From Octopus sinensis (taxonomy: Eukaryota), in NCBI RefSeq assembly GCF_006345805.1, contig NC_042997.1, positions 200,074,001 to 200,138,000 on the forward strand: a stretch of 64,000 nt of DNA. The letters run 5' to 3'. How positions within the stretch are numbered: the stretch's first letter is position 1; every line of letters begins with the position of its first letter. A model generated the notes under the pieces. It made no database searches. It was given only the letters and a program-made list of their open reading frames with translations, and was not told the DNA's origin. Shown here one piece after another: positions 54,250 to 64,000 of this stretch. The translations under genes were made by a program, and so were the position numbers.

Positions 54250-55651
54250 CATAACCACCACCACCACCACCACCACCATCGCCATCATCATCACCACTGT
54301 TACCACTGCAGCTGTTACTGTCACTACCTCCACCATGACCACTGCTACTACTACCACCACTGCCACTACCACCACTGCCACCACCACCACCACCACTGCC
54401 GCCGCCACCACCACCACCACCACTGCCGCCGCCACCACCACCACCACCACTGCCGCCGCCACCACCACCACCACCACTGCCGCCGCCACCACCACCACCA
54501 CCACTGCCGCCGCCACCACCACCACCACCACTATCACGACGACGACGACGACGACGACAACGACGATGACCACCACCACCTCCACCACCACCACCCTCAC
54601 AACCATCATCACGACCATCACCCCCACCACCCTCACAATCATCATCACCACCATCACCCCCACCACCACAACCACCAAAACCACCACCACCATTTTCCAC
54701 TACCCCACTGTCACTGTTACTCCCCCACTATCACCTCACCACCACCACTTCACCACCTCATCACCCCCCACGCCACCCCATCACCACCACCACCACCACC
54801 ACCCCTCCTCCTCCACCAGCATATATTCATTACTCTTTCCTTTACTCCTCTTCCTTCTTCCTCCACTGACATTCTTCATTACCACTTACACACTCACCTG
54901 CTCCTTCTCCTTTTTCATCTCCTCATCACCAGCATTCCCCCCATTCCTTCTCCTATCCCTCATACTCCTCCTCTCCATCCATCACCTAACTTCTCCTCCT
55001 ACCCCTTCTCTTTCATCTCTGTCCCCACCACTTACCCACAGCTGCTGTTGGTGGTGGTGGTGCTCTTCTCCCTCCACATCACACCATCACAACCATTTCC
55101 ACTACCATCACACTCCTCCCTTCTCTTTCATCTTCCCCACCACCACCACATAGTAACACTACCCCACCATCATCTCCTCTTCCTTCTTTTGTTCCTTTTC
55201 TTTCTCTCCTCCTCTCCCTTCAACTTTTCTCTCGCTCCTCCTTCCTCTTTGTCTCCTTCATAAAACTCACTTTTCTTTCTTCTCTCCTTCAATCTTCCCA
55301 CCCTCCTTTCCATTGCTTCCTACTTCCTTATTTCCTTCCGTCCTTTCTTCCTTCCTTCCTTCCTTCCTTCCTCCCTCCCTTCCTTCCTTCCTCCCTTCCT
55401 TCCTTCCTTTCTTTCTCCCTTCCTTCCTCCTTCCCTTCCTTCCTTTCTTCTTCCCTTCCTTCCTTCCTTCCTTTCTCCCTCCCTCCCTCCCTTCCTTCCC
55501 CCTCCCCTCCCTTCCTTCCTTCCCCCTCCCCTCCCTTCCTTCCTTCCCCCTCCCCTCCCTTCCTTCCTTCCTTCCTTCCCTCCCTCCCTCCATCCCTTCC
55601 TTCCTTCCTTCCTTCTGCCTACTCCCTTATTTTCCAAATTTTTCTCTCTTT

Positions 55652-55686
<35 letters not shown>

Positions 55687-55700
55687 CCCTCCCTCTCCTT
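54250..55700. repeat. (CAC)n-rich tract grading into pyrimidine-rich (TTCC)n/(TC)n tract
   Basis: Direct reading; includes an exact 21-bp unit caccaccaccaccactgccgc repeated about five times at ~54385-54515. Confidence 0.95.
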
Positions 55701-55799
55701 TCAGCCATTTGCAATACTGCACACTTCAAACATGAATGCTAATACTATTGTAGTAATATGAGAATGGTCATTAAACACTAGTATTATTACAATTACATG

Positions 55800-56030
55800 A
55801 AGGCCGCAAGTTGGCAGAAATGATAGCATACCAGGTGAAATGCTTAGCAGTATTTCGTCTGCCCCTATGCTCTGAGTTCAAATTCTGCCGAGGTTGACTT
55901 TGCCTCTCATTCTTTCAGGGTCGATGAAATAAGTACCAGTTACAAACTGGGGTTGATGTAATCAACTAGCCTCCTTCCCACCAAATTTTCAAGGCCTTGT
56001 GCCTAGAATAGAAATAATTATTAACAATAC
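55800..56030 (+). mobile_element. SINE family B
   Basis: aaggc.gcaagttggcagaa...gagttcaaattctgccgaggttgactttgcc head and core. Confidence 0.75.
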
Positions 56031-56602
56031 ATGCAGTATTTAGTTATGGCCCTTTATGTTCTAGGTTCAAATACTACAAAGGCCAACTGTGCCTTTCATC
56101 CTCCTGGGGTTAATAAAATGAAGTACCAGTCAAGTTCTGGATTCATATAATTGACTGTTCCTTAGCCATAAATTTCTGACCATGTGCTGATGCTACAGAA
56201 AAAGAACTGGTGATGGTGCCATGTAAAAAGCGCAGGTAATGGTGCCACATAAAAGGCACTGGTGAGGTGCCACATAAAAAGCGCTGGTGATGGTGCCATG
56301 TAAAAAGCACTGGTGATGGTGCCATGTGAACAGCATCCATCACACTCTGTAAAGCAGTTGGCATTATGAAGAGCATCAGCCATAGAAAACATGTCAAAAC
56401 AGACTATGGAACCTTCTGGCCTTTCCAACTCCTTTCAAACCATCCAACCTATGCCAGCATGGAAATTGGGCATTAACTGATAATGATGATGATGATGTCT
56501 ATGAACAGAAATTCAAATGTAAAAATTAGCCAGGTAAAAACGTCTCCAACAACATTTTCATACATTATAGACCATTTCAACAGGATATATATATATCCTG
56601 TT

Positions 56603-57014
56603 GGTGCAGGAGTGGCTGTGTGGTAAGTAGCTTGCTAACCAACCACGTGGTTCCAGGTTCAGTTCCACAGCGTGGCATCTTGGGCAAGTATCTTCTGCTA
56701 TAGCCCCGGTCCGACCAATGCCTTGTGAGTGGATTTGTTAGATGGAAACTGAAAGGAGCCTGTTGTATATATATATATGTATGTTTGCGTGTATGTTTGT
56801 GTGTCTGTGTTTGTCCCCCTAACATTGCTTGACAACTGATGCTGGTGTGTTTACGTCCCTGTCACTTAGTGATTCGGCAAAAGAGACTGATAGAATAAGT
56901 ATTGGGCTTACAAAGAATAAGTCCCGGGGTTGAGTTGCTCGACTAAAGGCGGTGCTCCAGCATGGCTGCAGTCAAATGACTGAAACAAGTAAAAGAGTAA
57001 AAGAGAGTAAAGAG
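56603..57014 (+). mobile_element. SINE family A
   Basis: Full-length copy homologous to 10956-11390. Confidence 0.85.
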
Positions 57015-57393
57015 TATATATCTACTATAGTGAATTATTTGATCATTATAGATATTCTGCCATTGTTTTTAGAGAGATAATTGGATAGCATTCCAATGTC
57101 ATCACAAATGGAATAAAGAGCAAATCTCTTACTCTATTAAAACAGTGTTTTCCTGATGAGCTAATTAGGGAGTCCTTTTGTGGTCACTCAATCTGCTAGA
57201 AATAATACTTCAAATTCCTTCGGTGCATACATTGCCATCTTAAAAAAGGATAAACAGGATAATGTCATCCTGGGTTCCCAGTGCATGGGTAAAAAGATGG
57301 AATAATAACCTCTGAAATGCTTTTGATCATAAATCTTCTTGATTTGGTCTGTCTTGGGGCTAAACACCACCACCACCACCACCACCGCCGTCG

Positions 57394-57441
<48 letters not shown>

Positions 57442-57711
57442 ACATCATCATCATTGCATGGCTTGAATGGTATTTACTGAGACGGATTGTCTATAACTGG
57501 ATGCTCTTCCTGTCACCAACTCTCACCTTGTTTCCAAGCATGTTAATATTCTCCCATGGCTGGACATGCTTTTGCAGATGACTGGAATGATGGATACTGT
57601 TTGTATGATGGGGACACCCATTTACAATGAATACATAATGCTGGGGGAAGGACACACACACACACACACACACTACACACACATATAAATACATACATGC
57701 ACACACATGCT

Positions 57712-57742
<31 letters not shown>

Positions 57743-58634
57743 ACATATATAAACACACATACACAAAAATGCGCATGCACGACATGTGCACACACACACA
57801 CACACACACACATACCTTTCCAGCTTGTCTACCAAATCCACTCACAAGCCTTTGGTCATCTTCATCATACCTCAGTGTTTTAAATCCAGGTTTTGTCCCT
57901 GTTAATGGGGGTGGCTGGATCTACCTCAATGCCATAGCAATTCAGGTAAGCAGGTGCAGCCCACCCCAACCTTTGGGCTGGCTAGTGCCCATTCTCCCTT
58001 GCTATCATAAGTTTTTTTTGAAGCTGTATTTTCTATGGGGAGCATGTCCTTGCTTACCCCCAACCTTGGTTTCTAGACGTAAGTGGTCCCAAGACCAAGG
58101 TCTCTACAATGTTTTTTAAGAAATATAGTGGAAAACTAGCCCAGGAAAGTAGGGACACTACTCCCCGAGACCCCTTTTGGAGCCCTCCTACCTAATCTTA
58201 ATGTTGTTATAAAGATTATTTGCCTGAGGTGCCACTCAGTGGTATTGAAACTGAAACCCCATGGTTGAGAAGCAAGTTTCTTAACAACATAGCCATGCCT
58301 GTATCTATAATTTGTAATTTTCTAAAACAAACAAAGACTCATAAAATGCTTTCTTTAGAAAACTGAATTTCTGGGCAACTGTATAGAGCAGTTCTTTAGG
58401 TTTATATTCTATTGGAACAAATATTTAGATATTGTGAATCCCTTGCATGCTAAACTAAATGCTTAGCAGCATTTCGTCCATCTTTATGTTGTTAGAATAT
58501 GTGGCCCCTAAATGTCACATTTGTTGTATAGTTTGTGATGTTTTTAGTAGGTGGCACAGATGGTGTTATTTTTTCCTATTTATATGAATATTATTTCTTT
58601 TTATACTATCAAAATATTCATTCAATATTCAATA

Positions 58635-61114
58635 GGCATAGGAGTGGCTGTGTGGTAAGTAGCTTGCTTAACAACCACATGGTTCTGGGTTCAGTCCCAA
58701 TGTGTGGTACCTTGGGCAAGTGTCTTCTACTATAGCCTCAGGCCAACCAAAGCCTTGTGAGTGGATTTGGTAGACAGAAACTGAAAGAAGCCTGTCATAT
58801 ATATGTTTACATATATATCATCATCATCATCATCATCATTTAGCGTCCGTTTTCCATGCTAGCATGGGTTGGACGGTTCTACTGGGGTCTGTGAAGCCAG
58901 AAGGCTTCATCAGGCCCAGTCAAATCTGGCAGTGTTTCTACGGCTGGATGCCCTTCCTAACGCCAACCACTCCGTGAGTGTAGTGGGTGCTTTTTACGTG
59001 CCACCCGCACTGGTGCCAGACAGAGCTGGCAAACGGCCACGAACGGATGGTGCTTTTTATGTGCCAGGCGAGGCTGGCAACGGACACGAAACGGGGCGGT
59101 GCTGGCAACGGTCGCGAAACGGAAAGTTCTCTTACATGCCACCGGCACTGGTAACACATCTGCAATTTCCATTGATCGATTTCCATTGATCGATTTCGAT
59201 TCTGATCCTCACTTGCCTCAATGGGTCTTCACAAGCAGAGTTTCGACATGCCACCGGCACTGGTAGCACATCCGCAATTTCCATTGATCGATTTCGATTC
59301 TGATCCTCACTTGCCTCAACACGTCTTCACAAGTAGAGTTTTGTGTCCCAAGAAGGGAGGTATGCATACGTAGGCTGGCTCCATCCCATGTAGAAGGCCA
59401 CGGGTTGTGGACTCACTTGTCCTGCCGGGTCTTCTCGCGCACAGCACACTTCCAGAGGTCTCGGACTCTAGTCATTTCCTCAGTGAGACCTAAAGTTCGA
59501 AGGTCGTGCTTCACCACCTCGTCCCAGGTTTTCCTGGGTCTGCCTCTTCCACAGGTTCCCTCAACGCTAGGGTGTGGCACTTTTTCACACAACTATCTTC
59601 ATCCATTCTCGCCACATGACCATACCAGCGCAAACGTCTCTCTTGCACACCACAACTGATGCTTCTTAGGTCCAGCTTTTCTCTCAAGGTACTTACACTC
59701 TGCCGAGTGTGAGTACCGGCATTACACATCCATCGGAGCATACTGGCTTCATTTCTAGCGAGCTTACGCATATCCTCAGCAGTCACGGCCCATGTTTCAC
59801 TGCCATGTAGCATGGCTGTTCGTACACACGCATCATACAGTCTGCCTTTCACTCTGTGCGAGAGGCCTTTTGTCACCAGCAGAGGTAAGAGCTCTCTGAA
59901 CTTTGCCCAAGCTATTCTTACTCTAGCAGTTACACTTTCAGCACACCCACCCCCGCTGCTGACTTGGTCACCTAGGTAACGGAAACTATCAACTATTTCT
60001 AGTTTTCTCCCTGGAAAGTGACGGAAGTTGGTCTCAGAGCATTTTCAGTGTTTATTGTTCCTGAGCATCTGCCACATACAAAAACCCTTCCTAGTTAGCC
60101 TTCCTTTGACATTGCTGCATCTCTTATGTGTCCATAGCTTACACTTGGTGCATCTTATAGAGTTTCTACCTACACCTTTTCTACAGATCGAGCAGGGCCA
60201 TCTACCTGAAGGTGTTTGTGATTTGTCTACCTTCCTACTGATTACGACTTTGGTTTTAGCTAGATTGACTCTGAGGCCCTTCGATTCTAATCCTTGTTTC
60301 CACACCTGAAACTTCTCCTCCAGTTCTGATAGCGACTCAGCAATTAGAGCAAGGTCATCAGCATAGAGAGCTCCCAAGGGCATCCTGTCTTGAATTCCTC
60401 CGTTATTGCCTGGAGGACTATGATAAATAGGAGGGGGCTGAGTACCGAGCCTTGGTGGACCCCTACCTCTACCCGGAATTCTTCACTGTACTCATTTCCA
60501 ACCCTCACCCTACTAGCGGCGTCCCTATACATGGCCCGCACAGCTCTCACTAACCATTCATCTATCCCTAGTTTTCTCATTGCCCACCAGATAAGGGATC
60601 GGGGGACCCTGTCGAAGGCTTTCTCCATGTCAACAAAAGCCAGGTACAGGGGCTTATCTTTGGCTAGGTATTTCTCCTGCAGCTGCCTTACCAGAATATA
60701 GCATCAGTAGTACTTTTCCCTGGCACAAACCCAACTGCATCTCATCTAAACTAACTCTCTCTCTAATTAGTTGGGCTATGACCCTCTCCGTAACCTTCAT
60801 CACCTGGTCCAACAGCTTGATACCTCTGTAGTTATTTGTATCTAGGGCATCACCTTTACCTTTGTAGCAGTTGACTATTATACTGCTACACCAGTCATTG
60901 GGTATGACCCCTTTGTGTATCACCTGATTAACTATATGGGTGACTAGGCTATAGCCGACACTACCAGACATTTTGAGCATCTCTGCAGTGATTCCTGATG
61001 GGCCTGGGGCTTTCCCTGTCTTCATGCTTCTAATTGCCTTAGCTACCACAGAACTATCAACTCGGATAGCTGGTCCCTCTGTTGGGTCAACATTCGGCAG
61101 ACTCTCTTTATCCC

Positions 61115-61151
<37 letters not shown>

Positions 61152-61400
61152 ATATTATATATATATATTTATATGTGTGAATATGTTTGTGTGTCTGTGT
61201 TTGTCCCCCTAACATTGCTTGGCAACCGATGCTGGTGTGTTTACATCTCCATAACTTAACGGTTCGGCAAAAGAGACTGATATAATAAGTACTAGGCTTA
61301 CAAAGAATAAGTCCTGGGGTCGATTTGCTCGACTAAAAGCAGTGCTCCAGCATGGGCACAGTCAAATGACTGAAACAAGTAAAAGGGTAAAAGAGTATTC
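58635..61400 (+). mobile_element. SINE family A split by the RTE insertion
   Basis: Head at 58635-58810 and tail at ~61165-61400 in the same orientation, joined through the (TA)n tract. Confidence 0.75.
58815..61115 (-). mobile_element. RTE-clade LINE, 5'-truncated, RT domain plus 3' UTR
   Basis: Frameshifted frames: KTGKAPGPSG..AEMLK, YRGIKLL, DMEKAFDRVPR, GVHQGSVLSPLLF, LYADDL, RLRWYGHV, RKTWDEVVK; stop 59413-59415; 3' UTR with ~100-bp internal duplication (59135-59340) and (GAT)n tail. Confidence 0.92.
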
Positions 61401-62144
61401 CTTTTTCTTATTTGCAAAACTTTACTCTTACTTATAATAAGAAAGAAAAACTATAGAATATAGAATTAAGAAGCTCCAGTATTTTTCTCTCTCCATGGAG
61501 TTCTAAATCATATTTCTTTTGTCTGTGTCACTGTATTTGTTAAATTCTTACATTCTTACAACCAAAACAACATTTTAATGTCTTCAATACAATTTTTCAC
61601 AATGCTGAGAACACCCGCCAGCTGAGAACCATTTGTTGTATATAATTTTAGCTTATCCACGAAGAGGAGGTGACAGACAAACTCTGTCCTCGTGTAATAC
61701 TTTAAAACTACTTATTCTCTAAGCCAAAGGGTAACTCGAAAGAAACAAAACAGAGACTAAAAGTACAGTCAAGTTGAAATATTCAAGGTGATAGTTAAGT
61801 GAGACTATGGTATTGTTAAAGACTGCAAGAATTATCTGGCAATTCTTTTTTGTTGTTTTAAGAATCTCATTCATACTACGTCATCAATTTTTTTAAACTT
61901 CAGGACTTTGATGAGTCAATCATAAAGTTCTCTTTGTTACAAATTTAAATATATGATAAGTTGTTCTTCCATAATTTTCTCATCACCCAACACTTCTCTG
62001 TTAATAAGGAACTAGCCAATTGTTCTGCAGGACATGAGCATGCAGTTTCCATTCTCTAGCTCAGCGGTTCTCAACTGAGGTCCATATAAGATTTTCTTGT
62101 TTAAATTTATCTGTAATTAATTATTTTTTTATTCTTATACATAT

Positions 62145-62762
62145 TTCAGTCATTTGGCTGCGGCTATGCTGGAGCACCGCCTTTAGTTGAGCAAATTGAC
62201 CCCCTCAGACTTATTCTTTGTAAGCCTAGTACTTATTCTATTGGTTTCTTTTACCAAACCGCTAAGTTACGGGGATGTAAACACAACAACATCAGTTGTG
62301 AAGTGATGTTGGGAGACAAACAGATGCACAAACATATACAAGCATATACATACACACATATATATACATATATACGATGGGCTTCTTTCAGTTTCCATCT
62401 ACCAAATCCACTCACAAGGCTTTGGTCAACCCGAGGCTATAGTAGAAGACACTTGCCCAAGGTTCCATGCAGAGGGACTGAACCCAGGGCCGTGTGGTTG
62501 GTAAGCAAGCTGCTTACCACAGAGCCACTCCTGCACCTATGTAATTAAATATTTTTTTATTCTTTTACTTGTTTCAATCTTTGGACTGCGGCCATGCTAG
62601 AACACCACCTTTAGTTGAACAAATCGATCCCTGGATTTATTCTTTGTAAGCCTAGTACTTATTCTATTGGTGTCTTTTGCTGAACTGCTAAGTTATGGAG
62701 ACGTAAACACACCAGCATCACTTGTCAAGCGATGTTGGAGGTTTTCAAACTCACACACACAA

Positions 62763-62808
<46 letters not shown>

Positions 62809-63335
62809 ATAAGAGGGCCTTCTTTCAGTTTATCTCTACCAAATCCACTCACAAGGCTTTGAAGACACTTGCCCAAGATACCATGCAGTTGGACTGAACC
62901 CAGAACTATGTGGTTGGTAAGCAAGCTACTTACCACACAGCCACTCCTTTGCTATAATCTTTTACTCTTTTACTCTGTTTTTTTCTCTTTATTTGTTTCA
63001 GTCATTTGACTGTGGCCATGCTGGAGCACCACCTTTAGTCAAACAAATTGACCCCAGGACTCATTCTTATTATTCCATCACTCTCTTCTGCCAAACCGCT
63101 AAGTTACGGGGTCATAAACACACCAGCATTGGTCATCAAGTGAATTTGGGGGAACACACACACACATATATATATACAACAGGCTTCTTTCAGTTTCCTT
63201 CTACCAAATCCACTCACAAGGCTTTGGTCGGCCTGAGGCTATAGCAGGTGACATTTGCCCAAGGTGCCATGCAGTGGGACTGAACTCAGAACCATGTGGT
63301 TTGGGAGCAAGCTACTTTCCACACAGCTGCTCCTG
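62145..63335 (-). mobile_element. Three consecutive SINE family A copies
   Basis: Units ~62145-62540, ~62560-62950, ~62980-63335, same orientation, mutually diverged. Confidence 0.85.
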
Positions 63336-63721
63336 CAATTGGCAAGACATTTTAACAGTGATGTATACAGTTCCTAATAATATTTAATTACAAGAAGTTA
63401 AAATGAATTTTTGAAACATCATATGGTTAGGAGGGTCCATTCAAGTACAACAGGAATAAAAAAAAAAAGATGTTTGCAAAAAACTGATCTGAGTTAATTA
63501 TTAGTATGGAAAATATCATTACTTTGGTTACTGCTTGTAGGCAAGATATTTTAATCAGGGACAGAGTTTATTGTTGTTTTTTTTTTTATGTGTGAGGTAT
63601 TTATTTTACAAATGTCTCATTTTTGTAAGGACAGTGTGAAACTGGTGGTTGATTTGACTGAAAATGGCTAAATACAATCTCAGAATCTACATAGACATTT
63701 TGGAATTATTCAAAATAATTT

Positions 63722-63984
63722 TGTTGTGTCTGGGGAGAGTCATTCTCTTTTAGTGCCTTATTATTTAACACACTCACCGGTACAATTTCCACTTATTTCC
63801 TTTATTTTTCTAAAATTTTTGTTGCGTCTTGCAACCTTTTCAATAGTTTTGAGAGACTACTGAAAAGGTTGCAAGATGCAATGACAATTTTAGAAAATAA
63901 AAATAAGAAATAAGTGGAAATTTTACCGGTGAGTGTGTTAAATTATAAGGCACTAAAAGAGAATGACTCTCCCCAGACACAACA
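63722..63984. repeat. Foldback element with ~125-bp arms
   Basis: Arms 63722-63846 / 63857-63984, 10-nt spacer ttttgagaga; few mismatches. Confidence 0.85.
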
Positions 63985-64000
63985 GATTATGCTTCAACAC

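Overview
AT-rich, microsatellite-dense metazoan non-coding DNA. The repeat repertoire (several tRNA-derived SINE families, RTE, CR1, R4/Dong and Penelope-like retroelements, Tc1 relics, hAT- and piggyBac-type MITEs) looks like an octopus/cephalopod genome; this is an inference from pattern, not a search result. No intact host gene is recognisable: long ORFs are retroelement-derived and most short ORFs are microsatellite translations. Best-preserved elements: a 5'-truncated R4/Dong LINE in a (TAA)n tract (16790-19497) and a 5'-truncated RTE LINE (58815-61115). The most interesting structure is a family of short non-coding retro-insertions (26447-26941 and 22336-22722). Each has a 13-bp target-site duplication, an inverted terminal segment and a type I hammerhead ribozyme motif on the minus strand; the first carries a 356-bp tandem monomer, as expected of a retrozyme or non-autonomous Penelope-like element. 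Further minimal or degenerate hammerhead motifs sit in other repeats and foldback hairpins (6.2, 25.7, 32.7, 36.3, 36.5, 48.4, 63.9 kb). A ~520-bp, ~99% identical inverted duplication (44056-44576 / 47723-48243) is also present. All folds and alignments were done by eye.
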